DNA of 64,000 nucleotides from Sphaerodactylus townsendi (taxonomy: Eukaryota). The stretch is from positions 63,736,001-63,800,000 of the forward strand of contig NC_059432.1 in assembly GCF_021028975.2 (NCBI RefSeq), written 5' to 3'. A program made the position numbers and the translations under genes. Positions 13,170 to 27,530 of this stretch are shown here, piece by piece; position 1 is the stretch's first letter; each line of letters begins with the position of its first letter. The notes beneath the pieces are model-generated. The model was not told where the DNA came from. It worked only from the letters and a program-made list of their open reading frames with translations, and made no database searches.

Positions 13170-16059
13170 TTCTAGGGAAATATGGCTGCTAAGTGCCCCT
13201 ATTGGAAGCACTGCTCCTGGCAATGTCTGCCATGTTACTGGGCAGGATAAGAAGAAAATAGATCCCTGGTTCCTAAGAAATGCAAGTGTTAATGCCTTGT
13301 CTGAGACGTCCGTCTGGCTTTTAAGATCCAGTTTTGGTTTCCCCAAAAGAAAATAAAGTACTAAAATAAAAGAGAGGGGAAAAAACTAACATGATGAATT
13401 GGTAATGTTTCAGAGTTTTAGTAGAAACAAACCTTGATTCATTAATCAAAAAGGCCTCATTCATTTCAGCTTTCTTTCACATCCAATCTTCTCAGATCAG
13501 GTGTTATTTTTTTCGGGAAGCTATAAACACGTTGGAATAACAAGGCAGTTGATTCTGTTGATGAACTCGACCAGAAAAAGGGAAGAAACTGCACTCAACA
13601 GTTGATATTTAGGGGGCAGGGGACATTGCTAGTTGCAGATCCTTCCAGACATATGATAGACACACACACGTGATGTCAGCAGATGCGTAAAGCTGTTCAG
13701 GTTTATTATTGAGCTGAGGCCTAAACAGGTAAATTATACCCCAGTAACATATTTGCTGCGAGACGGGGGAGCCATCGGAAATATTGCTGCAGCCATCACT
13801 GTTGCCTTTGCTATAGCTCCCATTTCCTGTGATGACAAAGCGCAGAGTTATTGTCCTGACTGGAAAAGCTACGAGTTTGTAAGCTCTGCTGTTTGTGCCA
13901 CTTTCTGCAAAATGAGAAATCATTGATCACTAGGTGGGTATGCTGTCAGAGACAGGAAAGGGAAACAAAAGGGGGCCAGAAAGACAGAGAGAGGCAATGG
14001 GCCCTGTTGAGAGTCAAAAGCAGCTGAGTTGGGCCAAAGAAACTGCAGAGCTCAGGGATTAGACACACCTGTGTGTCAAGGAAATCAAACTTGCAGCCAC
14101 CTCCTCAAGAACGCTGACCCTCAGATTAGGGTTACGAATCTTCATCAGGTGGCTCAGCTCAAAATGATGTCACAAAGTTTGAACGGAAAAGGCTTGCCCT
14201 ACATAGTTTCTCTGCATGGAGTATTCATTTTAATTTCAAGTCGAGTCTCCTTGTCCTGAAACTGCTTAGTTTGTAATTAAACCAATCTCTTTAGAACTTA
14301 TATGGCGCTTTTGCATCTGCACAGTTGGTACAGGTTAAGTGAGGCAGCTGAGGCTACCATTGCTGCCACCTCCTCCCTGGCAAAGGGACCCATTTTGGCT
14401 CTTATGGGACAAAAAAGGGGAGTGTTACACAGGTGCCTAGGACTGTCCTCACTCCTGCACTACATGCATGCCCAAAAGAGGGGGATCCCGTATGAATTCT
14501 TGATAAAGTGTTCCCAGACCTCACTCATAACTAGCAAGCCAATTGTGATTCAGGCTGCTGAGGGCAATTTGCTCACCACTACTCATAACGGGGCTTGACT
14601 TGAAATTAACATGAATATTCTGAGCACAGAAAATGAACTGTATGATAACGTCCCTAGAGTCCCAATTGCAACCTTAGAATCACCAATGAGACTAATTATA
14701 CTGACATGTATCCTCCATAATACTGTATATTTTAGGGCATGTCTTATTTAAAACAAATCTAAAAAAGATGAAAAAGGAGCACCTTCGCAATGTTACCGTG
14801 GCTTGTCATGTGCAAAAACTTCTGCAAAACTTCTGCAAAAACAGGCAGACTATGTAAAGCATCTTGTTTATGAATGCTAGCTCGAGCCATGGGGTGTGGG
14901 TACTTAACCTTCAGTTTGATCCCAGAAGCTAAGCAAGGGATTAGAGGAGAGAGTCAAGGATTGAAGTTGAGCAGGTGAGGGATTGTAGTTATTGGTTAAT
15001 CGATACAAACAGGAGTTGTTAAGCATCGTCATCCAATGGAGATTACACATGTCAGAGCATACAAGTGCAAGGAAACGGAAGGTAAATGATACAATGGATA
15101 GTGTTCACATACACTACTATAAAATTGCACCTGCCATCACACTTATAGCTTAATGCGCAAGTGCTACCATATGTGTCTCACTTTTTAAAGAACATATGAA
15201 TTGTTGTTGCTAGATCAAATAATCTAAGTCCAACCTGCTCAGCAGTGGTCAGCCAGATTTACTGGGAAGTCTAGAAGAACATCTTTGGCTCAGTGGTAGA
15301 ATATTTGCTCTGTAATCAGGGATCCCATGTTCAACTCCCAGCATCACCAGCTACAGGGATTGTGGGGTAGATGATGTAAAAGATCTCTGCCTGAGACCAT
15401 GTAGCACAGCTTCCAGAACAATTATTTTGATAGGCCAATGGTCTGACACCATTTAAATTGTGTTTATATATTAAAGTTCCTGTTGTTTGTCCTCAGCATC
15501 TTATAATCAGAAGTTTTCTACCTCTGAGAGGTTCCATTTAGGTATTATGGCAGCTGGCCATTGATAAACCTCTCTTCTTCAGTTTGTCTAATCCTTTACA
15601 AAGTTATCTAAGCTAGTAACAAAATATGATGATGAATTTTCTACAGTACTTTCATAAAATACCGTACAAGCCTACTAATCCATGTTTTGCTCTGCACCCT
15701 TGCCTTCAGAGATAAAGTGATTGCTAGGGCACGGACCCCATTTTGTGAGAATGCTCCTTCATGATTTCCTTTCTAATACATGTTGAAGAATAATTTTACT
15801 TTTTTTATTTTCAGATTTGAAATTCAGAGATTTGAAAGTGGTGCTAGCAAGTGCAAGAGAAACAACTTGAAAATGAAAAATAAAACATTATTCCATCTTC
15901 CTCTAGTCATGAGGGTGGGGGTTGGGAGGGCCTCACAAGTGGAATAGCCAAGCACTGGTCTTGATGCACAGGGAGATGAATGTGAGTTTATCACTGCACA
16001 TACAAGCAGCGAAGAATGACTGATAATTAGGGTTGCCACTTTTCATTCTGGCAAATTAA

Positions 16060-16700
16060 GTAATCCAGCTATTCGTCATGGCAACTTTTGATACCATTGA
16101 TCAGAGTTAACTGGGATTAGTATTGGAGATACCATATTCCAGTGATTCTGTTCCAAAATGGCTGGTCATTCCATAAAGTAGTGAAATAGAATTACTGCCT
16201 GGCTCAATGGCACTTATGGCATGTTGTTTTATCTACACAGTGTCGCCTCACATTGTTTAATATTTTCATACAGCCACTGTAGAAGCCATTCAGAGATTTG
16301 AAACTGTTATAATTACGCTGATGATACACAGATGTATTTGTCTGAACAGAGTCAGGTCAGGCAGAAGATGTTCTAAACAGATGCTTGGAGTTGGTAATGG
16401 GCTGGTTGGCATCTAATAAACTGAAATAAGGAATGAAAAGCAGTCTGTTATGGAAGTGTTTGTATTCTTTCTGAAATACTGTGTTTACAAATTGGGGATA
16501 CTTTAGGTCTGTTTCTTCCAATGGGCATTCAAGTCTTATCTCTAGTGCATAACATCTGTCACATCCAGAGTTGCGATTGCTACAACACATTCCATACAGA
16601 ACTACCTTTGAAGACAGTTTGGAAGATTCAAAGATTGCAAAATACCGTTGCTAAACTTCAGAGAAATGTATCTCATCGTTTTTTAAATAAGTTCATTGCT
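16060..16700 (+). mobile_element. Degenerate L2-type LINE fragment
   Basis: YADDTQMY RT motif at 16314-16337; LPLKTVWKIQRLQNTVA C-terminal motif. Confidence 0.7.
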
Positions 16701-16719
16701 TGCCAGTTCCTGAAACAAA

Positions 16720-16950
16720 TTTATTTATTTACTTCACTTATACCCACATTTCTCTCCAATGGGGATCCAAGGTGGTTTACACACTTGTCTTCTCCTCCAC
16801 TTAATCCTCACAACAACAACTCTGCAAGGTAGTTTAGGCTGAGAATATGTGACTGGTCCAAGGACACCCAGCAAGCTTCCACTGCAGAATGGAGATTGGA
16901 TCCTGGTTCCTAGATCCTAGTCTGACACTCTAACCGCTACACCACACTGG
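16720..16950 (-). mobile_element. Squamate tRNA-derived SINE
   Basis: Same family as 240-380 and 41025-41225. Confidence 0.75.
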
Positions 16951-18074
16951 TCGTCCAGTACCAGCGCTGACATTGAAACCCCTCAAAGTTACTTTAATGT
17001 CTCCCAACTGAGCTGATCTCAGAACTACAATGTACGAAGGTCTTGTGTATGTGTCCTGGTTCATTGAGGTACTGCTGGTGCCAATGGGAGACATGGTCTT
17101 TCTTGCACTAGCACATTATTTAGGAACTCCCATCCCACCACTATCCACTACTAAATTTTATGTGCTAGATAAAAACACTTTTATCTATCAAAGCAGGCAG
17201 CCTTTTGCACTTGCTCACTTGCTAAAGTATACTGGATTTACTCTTTTATGTTTTCCCTTATTGCACTGTTTTTAGAAAAACACAAAATGGTGCTTATTTT
17301 TATTGTTATCCCGTTGATTAAAAAAGTAGTTTTAATTATTTGACTGATTCGCAACGTTTCCCCCTTCCCATTCACGCCCATGCTGTATTTCATCTTTGCA
17401 CACCCGGTTAAGTGCCTCAGGCCTGGGAGGCAATCTATAAAACAGACCAAATAAAAGCATTCTGCTTTCTCGCCTTAGGCAATGACTTGAGCTTTTAAAG
17501 TGGGCAAAACAAACAATTAACAACACATGACCCTTTCTAATATCTTTTGCTTTTGGCCTGTCCTAGAATGCCTCTGCCATTCCCCCCAAGTATAGTTCTG
17601 AACCAGAAGAAATGTTGTTTTGATGCATAATTCTTCCTTGGAAGAAGATGGAGAGGCTTGGTTCATAACAATTGCCCTACTTACAGTGAGCCTCTCTCCG
17701 AAAATAACAACACCCACCCCGGAGCTGGCAGCTTTAACCGCTTTACATCAATCTACGAGCACTGATGTGTACATGTTGCAAAGCGCTGATATGTTAACGT
17801 TTTCACATTTTTCAATAACAGATATGGTGCAACCCTTAGCCCCACGGCCTCCATTTACCTAGACCTGGGGGCTGAAAGCATGGCCCAGCCAGCCCTTGGG
17901 ATGCTAACCTGAGAGAACCGCCCCCCGCCCCGAGGGAGGGGGGGGTCCTAGTGGCCAGCCCCTGCCAGCCCGCGCCTGGCGACTCCTGGCTACCTGGGAA
18001 CGCAGGTGAGCGCAGGCCCCCGGACTCGCTCAGTTTTTAATTACCAGTGCTCCGCCAGGCAGAAGGGATGGCGT

Positions 18075-18435
18075 CGGCCGCTTTTGCATGTTAATGAGGG
18101 TGCTTAATATTCATGAGTCAATATTTCAAGGCAGCGAATGGCTGTGCAGTAGGTGCACATATGAATGGGAGTTTATCATGATTAGGCAAATCAGGAGGGA
18201 GCGCGAGCGGCAGGGGAAGGGAAGATGGATCTCTCCAATAAAATTAACTAAGGCCGCCGCCGCGGCGCGCTGCTCCCCCTTCCCCTTGTGCTTTGCTGAG
18301 CTCTTTCTTTCCTCAAATTTATGAGGCCAATTACAGAGACGAGCTTGGAAGTTTCTGGGAACTTCACTAAGTGCAAACGGCGCTCCCCGCTGTTCCCATC
18401 AAATTAATTAACCGAGCGCTATTGATGGCTGTCCG
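18075..18435. promoter_or_regulatory. Candidate developmental enhancer / conserved non-coding element in an orphan CpG-rich island
   Basis: Dense homeodomain, POU and AP-1-type motifs in non-repetitive sequence flanked by CpG-rich DNA (about 17900-18600); conservation not verified. Confidence 0.6.
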
Positions 18436-20599
18436 GCTCCGGCGAGAGATTCAGCTGCGGGGAAATGCCGCTTTCGGAGCCATGGGGAACCAACCGGGCC
18501 GTCGGAAGTGAAAAGCGGCCTCGCTCGCTGTGGGGCTGCGGGACCAAATAGATCTAGGGGAGGGGAGGCCGGGAAAGAAGCGGATCTGTATCTGACTGTT
18601 GCCAACCTCCAGGTGGGGGACAGGAGATCTTTCGGAATTACACCTGATCACCAGACAACAGATATCAATTGATCTGGAGAAAATGGCTGTTACCTCTTTA
18701 TGGAGAGACAGGATTAGTTCTGGAGCCAGTAGTGGGTGAGAACTGTGTTTATTGAAATACAACAGCCAACTAACTAACCAGGCCACTGCTCGCCTTCAGT
18801 AACTGGGATGCCTCCTCCAGTTGTGATCGCAAGACCTGAGCCTCTCCATTATAGAGGGCCTCCAGGAGCTGTCCTTAAAACAACACCACCACCGGTGTAC
18901 CACAATGGCTGCCTCAAAGGGTGTACTCTAGGGTACTGTTTGACCCTGAGGTCCTGTCCCTCTCAGCCTGCCTTCCCCAGGATCCACCCCCTTCCCAAAT
19001 CTCCAGGCATTTCTCAGCCTGAAGTTGGCAACCTTTCTTGTAACCACAGACACGACTCCAAGCCTTGCCTGTCCAGGGCAGCACTCCTGGCCCCGGGGAA
19101 GTCTTGTTTATTGTCCTCACTCAGACTGCTCAATGAGGGAAGGGACCCTTTCTCAGAGTGTGGCAGGGTAGCCGAGGGGAAGGACGGCAGTAGCCATGAT
19201 GGTTGCCTACAGTGTTTTCCATGTGCAGTTGCCCAATCCCCGTTGATGGACCAGGACATCCGTGCGGCAAATTTCCCTGTCCCAGTCCCTGACAGTGACA
19301 CACACACCCTGCCCCTAAAGGCCTGGGCTTTCCAGGTTAATTTTCTTTTCAAATCAGTAATTGGACTGAACACTCGAAGGAATGATAGTCTTTTTTGTGT
19401 GGAACATTCCACAGGGACTGTGGAACATTATGTGGAACATTCCATAGTAATTGACACTTGTTATACTGTGTGTAACAATATCTGCTGGAAGCACCTGTTG
19501 AGCAGTATGAGGAGACCTACAAGGAAATAAGCAGCCAGGCTCTGCAGAGGCCCCAAACCCTACCCCACATTGTACAAGAAGCTTGCACACACTCACTGTT
19601 GCTATCATTTAACAAGCAAGCTAGCAACCGTTCCTTGTGATATAGTAAATGTAATTTTATTTGGAGTGGGGCTTGTTTTGTCAAAAGTTGCAGAGCTGGG
19701 TACTTAAAATGAAAGCAGTATCTATGGGAGGGACATAGAGGCAAGGGTGCAGTTTTCTGCAGATGCAAAATCCCAAGAACTGTTAATCCACCCCAGGAAG
19801 CTCCAGTCTACATTTGCAGTAGAATCCTTCTCCCATTAATCCGCTACAACATTTAGCTGAATTTTTAATTTTCAGGATCATCAGACTCACAGTCTATAAG
19901 CAGAAGTAAAAGCTTCCTAGACAAAGAACAGCAGCCCATCATTGAAGGCCACCTAATGAGCTGCTTAAACCCATCTTAATTTCTGAAAACACACACACAC
20001 ACACAGCATAATTCAAACTTGCACCTAATTCCAAGGATCAATGACTCTTCAGTTTTATGCTCCTTCACTTAGGAGGTCCAGAATAATCAGGGAGACGCAC
20101 TTCCACATGCATTTACAAATGGTCTCCTCAGTTTCTTCAGAAGAATCTGGCCACCTGTGCCTACCACTCTTTCATAGTTGACCTGCATGGGATCCTCTGC
20201 TATCTCACTCCTTGTTGGGAGCCCATTTCATAACAAGGCCCACAGTCCCTATGGAATGTTCCACAAAAAACTATTGTTCCTTAAGTGTTCAGTCCAACAC
20301 CTTCTCTCTCATATTAGTTAGCATTGATCTCTGCCTCAGATACACGTTCTTCTGAATCCTTCCTTAGCTGAGTTCCACTTGATCTGCTTTGACCCTAGAA
20401 GATTTCCAGTGATGCAGGGCTCCACATCCTCCATAACAGGAGAGGTTCTAAGGCAACCTGACACACCTGACTTGATCTCTTCAGGAAGGCATTGCCGGCT
20501 TACCTTCCTTCAACTTCATATTATTTATCATAGGTATATCCTATTGATGGCTTAGAGGCCTTGAACAGAATACATTCCTTCCTCCTCACGGTTCCAATG

Positions 20600-20810
20600 T
20601 CATGTAGTGGTTAAGTTTCGTGGACTCTAATCTGGAGAACCGGGTTTGATTCCCCACTCCTATAAATGAAGCCTGCTGGATGACCTTGGACTAGCAACAA
20701 TTCTGTCAGAATTCTCTCAGGCCTGCCTAACCACACAAAGTGTCTGGTGTGTGTGTGTGTGTGTGTGTAAGCTGCTTTGAGACTCCTTAAAGGTTAAGTG
20801 GGGTATAAAG
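20600..20810 (+). mobile_element. Squamate tRNA-derived SINE containing (GT)n
   Basis: GTAGTGGTTAAG...TCTAATCTGGAGAACCGGGTTTGATTCCC head. Confidence 0.75.
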
Positions 20811-22162
20811 AGCACCCATCTTTGTCTTCTCCTTCCCCTGTGAATAGTATAATCAGGCAATAAGGACTAGCACAGTTCCTCTTTCTACAATGTAGGAAAC
20901 CTCTTCAAAACTGAAATTTCCAGGACCATAGTGTTCTTGTTGCTTATTATTACTTCTGGATATGTCAGAATCAAGGGATGAAACAGTACTGAAGAACATC
21001 TCGCACCTTCTTGCTGCAGGCAGTTTCAATTGGTCAGGTGCCTCCTTGGAGAAAAAAAACAATATTCATTCTAAAACTGAAAGCCCAAGTGGATAAAATG
21101 AAATACTTTGGAATGGGTAATAAAGTCAGAGTTTGCCCCAGAGAAATCCCATATTAAGAAGATAGACATTGTAAAGAGAGGATGCAGCCTGTGCAGTGTA
21201 GTTGTTACAGACAGTGCTGAACTAAGGATCTGAGACACCCAAGTTCAAAACCCAACTCTGCCATGAAAATTGTGGGGTGACTTTGGGGCCGTCTTCCTTG
21301 CTGGCAGGGTTGCTGTGGGGATAAAATGGAGACAACCATTTTCTCTGCCCTGAATTCCTTGGAAGATGCAGGATAAAAATGTAACTGACAGATGGCTCAT
21401 CGTTCAGGTTGTTAACTGGATTGTGCTGGTAAAGAGGGTTCTATGTTCTTCCAAGAAGAAAAGATACTCTCTGACAGGGAGAACATTAACTTACAGTTCT
21501 TTGGCTATCCCTGTAAGATATAAATGCTCCTCTTGCACGTTCTGCCCAGCATAGCTGTGAACAAGAAGTATCTATCTTGGAGAGAACATAGAGAGCTCAG
21601 GAGTCACTTCCAGCCATATGCCACATCATTTTTTCAAAATGGAGATTCATCTGCATGTGAATCACAAGGACCTCCGAAATTCAGTCCAGCATTTTCTTTG
21701 GTGAACAGGAGCACTAATGTATACACCAAACTCTCACGTACAAAGGCATCCTCCTTGACAATTTGAGATTTTTGTTGTGATTTCTAAGAATACATAGAAT
21801 GATGAAGATGAATATGTTTCCTAGGTCCTTTCCAAATGAATGATGTGCTTTTTAATATTTTAACTCTGGAATGCTATTTGTGATCATTAAATTACTTTAA
21901 TGCAGCGCAAATCCATTTGCCACATTTTCTTTTTATTACATTTGCTTTGAATCATTTGTTTTCATAAAGCATCATGGAACTGTATGGAACTATCAGTTCG
22001 ATCCTACAACTCTGTCCTGCTAATGGTGGAACTTCCCTACAGTGGAAGGAGCCTACTGCTGGCAGAAGAATATCTTCCACTAGTGGATGGTTCCTTGTAT
22101 GGGAGGAGAGTTCCCCCATTCATGGAGCAGTCACAAAACCCAATAACTGGAGGACACATGGA

Positions 22163-22455
22163 GAGCCAGCATGGTGTAATGGTTAAGAGCAGGTAGATTC
22201 TAATCTGGAGAACGGAGTTTGATTCCCCACTCCTCCACCTGTGCAGAGGCTTATCTGGTGAACCAGATGTGTTTCTGCACTCCTACATTCCTGCTGGGTG
22301 ACCTTGGGCGAGTCACAGTTCTTTGGAACTCTCTCAGCCCCACTTACCTCACAAGGTGTCTGTTGTGGGGAGAGGAAGAGAAAGGAGCTTGTAAGCTACC
22401 TTGAGTCTCCCTCAGGAGAGAGTGGGGTATAAATTAAAAAAACTCTTCTTCTTCC
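22163..22455 (+). mobile_element. Squamate tRNA-derived SINE
   Basis: GAGCCAGCATGGTGTAATGGTTAAG head; CTCTTCTTCTTC tail. Confidence 0.75.
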
Positions 22456-23156
22456 CCTGTTACATGGCAAACAATGGTCCATTCCTGCCAAACCCTCCTG
22501 ACAGTTCAGGTGCTTCTCATATTTTGTGCATGTAATCTTATTGCAGCCAAAGGGTGTTATACAAAATAAACTGGTTAGTGCAAGGGGCAGGGAAGCCAGG
22601 GGCTACTGAAAGCTGGAAAGCGAGTCAGCAAGACAAAGCAGAAGGGCAAATACTGTTTAGGAAGATAAATATGGGACTGTAAGAAGCAATATGGGACTGA
22701 AGACTAAGGAAGTAATAGTATTGCTTTTTCGAACTCTGGGTCTTTCATATAAAAAGCCATCCAATTTTGACTGTTGTATTGATGCAGTGGAATGAATTCA
22801 GAAGTAAAAGAGACACAATACAAGTTATGTGTGAAGAGACTAAAGTGACTAGTATATATTTATTAAAGGCTAAAGCAAATTAAGTTGGAAGAGAACTGCG
22901 CTTCAATACTCCCTCTAGCAGAGATAGTATAACACATCTCCAGTACATTGGAAGATAGGACAAAATATAGTGGTGGTTGTTTATGGTCAGTATTTGCCTG
23001 TCTCTAGTGAGAGGAGTGTAAAAAGCAGCCACTGATATTGTTCTAGGAACGCCTCCTTTAGATCAGCAGAGTAGAGCAGCCAAACTTGAGTGTGGGTAAT
23101 ATTCCAGAACCATGGCCAAACACAATATTGAGCACAGGATTCAGTTTTCTGAGAAT

Positions 23157-23200
23157 GTTCAGTTCGTTCGTTCGTTCGTTCGTTCCTTCCTTCCTTCCTT
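23157..23200. repeat. (GTTC)n-(CTTC)n microsatellite
   Basis: Read directly. Confidence 0.9.
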
Positions 23201-24850
23201 GCCCTTACAGCTAGAATGATATACTTGGAAGCTTATGGGTAATGTATGGTGGCTGGATAAGAATTGCAAGAGCACGATTTCTGTGGAAAGCCAGAATAAA
23301 TTATACGAAACAACAAACGCTGTTGAATGTTATGCAAACAAATTATACAGATTATGGTGTCCTGAATTTACTGCACATTCACTTTGTCATGCACTGTACT
23401 GATAGGCTAGTGGACAGTGCAAGCTAGTAGTCATGGTATATCTTGGAAACAACAATATGGGACAATGTAGTTGCATGGTGCTCACTTGCAGTTCCAACTG
23501 GGCAGACTGAGCTGCAGGATTTCAATGCTTGGAAGAGATGGTGGCGTCAGAAAAGTTTATGTATCAGGGAACCCTGTAGGACACTCTGAGCCTGTACAGA
23601 AGACATGTGCCCCATTTGAACTGCATAAGAACCAGGCTCCAGTGCTGACTATCCGAAAGTTCACACAGTGATTCTTGGTGGAAAGCCAGCAGGACCCAAT
23701 AACATTCAATTAGGGATGCATGTAAATATTTCAGATCTTCAAAGCAGGGCTAAGACAATGCCTGGTAATAGTTTACAGAAAGAAAATACAGCTGTTTTGA
23801 TCGGGTGGAGTTTCTCCAGTCTAGGTTTACTAAAATCAAGCACCTTGGCAGCTCTTGTAAGGGCAGAAAGGAAGGGTATGTCTTTTAGCTACATAAATAA
23901 ATAGGCTTAGACTGGAGTGGCTTTGCCTAGGATTAGCATTGTAAAGGACCAGAGTAGAGGAATGCTGTACTCAGATTCCAACTCTGAAAAACCAGGAAAG
24001 CTGAATCTATCAGCAGTGGATCTATACTCGACCTGCAAGTGAGGCAGGCAGAATTATCTCCAGCACCACAAACTACATTTTCCCGCATTGTTGCTCCCAA
24101 GATATACTCTTATCATTCCCTCTCCCCATCAGATCACCAAGACCATTGTGTCCCATTCAGGTTTGATCAGTTGACCTCGGGCAGTTTTTTAACTGAAAGC
24201 ATCAGAACTGCAAGAGGAACAGCAGATAAAAATGAGAACCAGAGTGGGTGACATCAGCACACTTGAGATACTTTTGCTGAGCTCTGTACATTCTCATTCA
24301 AAGGCTGCTTCACATACAGACTAAACGGGAGGATGTGGAACCAGAATTTCATGGAATGGCTCCAGTAAAATAATGAGTAATTAGTAAGCGTTGTCTTTTA
24401 AGATATACAAACAAAGAATGCCTGGAAGTTCCAAAGAAGGTTGTAGGAAGAGCCAGTGGATCCCACTCTCAGATCAAGAGAATGCACATTTGTCATATCA
24501 TTACAAATACTGACCACAAGAGGTCTTCCTTTCACTGCACACGACACACTTGGTGCTGTTGCAATGAGGTTCACACCAGCTTGTGCCACCTGACAAAGGA
24601 GAGTGTTGGTGTGCCACAGTAGTTACAATAGTGGATCAGGACTATAAAAACCCAGGTTCAAATAGCCACTCTCTGGCAGAATGAAAGGGAGGGCAGAGTT
24701 CCTGCACATTTAATAGCTCTGCAGAAAGGGAATTGTTTCCAGGTTCAGCTTGTTGGGCACAGATGAAAAAGGTTATATCTGTTTTATTCCACTATTTAAA
24801 TGTACAAAAAGCCGCCCCCAGAAGCATCCACCATATATTCTTACCCCCTC

Positions 24851-24865
24851 CACACACACACACAA

Positions 24866-24898
<33 letters not shown>

Positions 24899-24904
24899 CA
24901 CACA
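24851..24904. repeat. Interrupted (CA)n microsatellite
   Basis: Read directly. Confidence 0.95.
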
Positions 24905-27240
24905 GACTAATTCTCATGCAGTCTGCATTTCTGTAGATGTCTCATTCTTCAGTAATTAGATTTAAATTACTCAGAAGTCCTTACATTTCTGCACTGTACT
25001 CCTGCTTTGTTGTCCTTATCACAGTGTATTTTTACTGATCTCTCCAACTTTGTTGGTTGTACCAAAGTAAAACAGAAATCAGGCAGTACCTGTAAGACTG
25101 ACCAAGTTTATTTTAGTATAAGCTTTGGTGAATCAGACCCCACTTCTTCAGATGCAGTGGATGAGACCATTCGTGCTGCATTGCTGTCAGCTGCAATCCA
25201 CTTTGAGTCCCAGGAAGAAAGATGAAGCACACATATCATTAAATACAGGGCATCAAGGTTCTATGTGGACACAAAGCATTCACTGGAGCTTAATTATGTT
25301 GACTTGCCAACATCCCTTCACACTATTACTTGGGAGTAAGTTCCACTGAACTGACTATGACTTGATTTCAAGCTACGGATCCTACAATTAAAACATTTAA
25401 GCACATTGTTTAAAGAAAACACTAAGATCAGAGACCAGCTAACTGACTTCTTGCATATCATCAAGCATGACTGCCAACCAGATTCTCAAGACAAATATAC
25501 TCATCAACCACAGCCAGGCACACGAGCATCACAGAACACAGCACAAAGACTCTGGCCCAGTCTAGCCAATACATGTGCAGATGCTTGGAGGCTTTGAATC
25601 TGCGAAGGGTGCTGCAGGATGACTTTTAATCACACATTTCAAAAGTGGCCTGTTAGACCCAGGAACCTTTATCTGGTTATTGAAAACATTTTTACATCAC
25701 CTTCCTACACCCCTAAAACGGCAGACATTAAAAGGAAAATGGGTGCTTAATTGCTGAAAACTCTTTGTTGGAGAGGCTTTGGACACTTTTAGAAATCCCA
25801 GTTTCAGAATACTTGGAGCTCTTTAAGGAGCAGTGACAATAAATCATGACTGAACACCTTGAGAAGCACAGCGCTCTGCAGAGGTCAACATTCTGTAAGA
25901 GTGGCTGACAGTGAATGTTGTGGGGAAAGGAAGTGTAAATGTGGGCTCTGCCCTGTGGTTTTGGGGTGCATCCTTTGGTAACAGAGGAGTCCATGTTCTT
26001 CTTGGCTTCAGCAATACTCATGTAACATGTGCAGCCACTAAAGCATCCTTGGACCTCACTGCTGTAATGTGTGAAGGAGCAACTCCTTGAAGAGGTGGTG
26101 AGGAGAGGCCTATGATGCACAGAAAATACAACCAGTGGCTAATGGCTTTGACAACTATGTGTGATCTTGCAGTGTGAATTTTCTCACAGAGGCAAGATCG
26201 CTACTGCCACCCCTCACCCTAGGCCAAATCTCTTGGAAGCAAAAATCCATTATAAAAGAAGATTACACCCATCAGGAATTAACTGAAGCCCCTCATAAAA
26301 TACAACGCAAAGGCTCCATTGAGGTTTGGGAAAACTGTGAGCATGCCACTGCCCACCCCCCTAATTCCCTTCACTTGACTTGCCACTTGGTTGCCCAACT
26401 GCCCATCCCAGTCACTTGTAAAAACCCTTTTCAATGCAAGAGCTGGAGACTTTGATGACTGAGGGACAGAGTTAGTGCCTGGGTGTGAATTGTGGCTCCC
26501 TGCCACCAGCACAGAGTTACTGACAAAGGACCGGGGAAAGAGTTATCCCTTCTGAACTCTGATCAAGGAGACTGAGGGGGAGGGCTAATAGGAATATAAT
26601 CAACAGAACCATCTAGAAAGGAACCTTACCTTTGGGAAGGCTAGAAATTACCTTCCAGTTTCCACAGCTTGCCATGTATTAAACTGAGCTCATTTTCTTA
26701 CAAGCAAACGAGGCCACAGAATCCAATTGCAAACAAGGACCAGTCTTCATTGGTCTATCTTCAGTATATAGACTCTTGTTCTGCATTTCCCTGATACATC
26801 AAAGAGTCTCTTAGCTCTTCAATATTCTCCTCCCTGGGACAAAGGTTTCTTCTTTTACAACCAGATCAAGCCAATCTTTCAGTCTGTTTGTTAACTGAAA
26901 TGGGTTGTATTCCTTTTGTCAGGTTTTCCTCCTGAAGTTCTGCTCTTAAATCTTTCATTCAATGCTTTCCAAAAATCTGGGAGAAGGGGAGCAGGGAAAG
27001 GAATATGCAGCTAGTAGCCAGTCAGTGCTCACATTAAACACCTGTACTGATTTAGAATGTCATTCCAACTACATCATTATCCCAAAGAAAAAATATCATT
27101 CATTACAGGACACAAAAACATGGAAAGAGATTTTTTATTGCTTTTCAGAACCCATAGCACTATTTGTTTCCAACTATAGTTAGTATAAAGGATCACTAGT
27201 GATACACTGGAGAGTTATGACACATTCAGGGAAGCCTAGA

Positions 27241-27530
27241 GACTTAAGAATATAAGAACAGCTCCACTGGATCGAGGTTCTGCCTACCCTTTTTCTCACT
27301 AGTGGCCCACCTGATTGCCCTGGGAAGGCCACACACAGGACCAGAAGGCAATTGCCCTCCATTTAGCCATCACATTGCAAGACTGACCCTCCACAAATCC
27401 AATTCCCTCTCACCTTTAAAAGTCAGGGGCCATCCGTAGATCTTATGATAGCAAATTGCATAGATTAATGACACATATTGCGTGAAGACATACTTTTTTT
27501 GTCTGCCCTGAAGCTACTTCTAACCATGGG
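27241..27530 (-). mobile_element. Old CR1 3'-end fragment
   Basis: TAAGAATATAAGAAC...CTGGATC resembles the reverse complement of the CR1 tail at about 10940-10981. Confidence 0.5.

Noticed and set aside
18808-19530. 240-aa plus-strand ORF next to the CpG island
   Set aside because: No recognisable domain; it runs through repeat fragments and the inverted-repeat arm; likely a chance ORF
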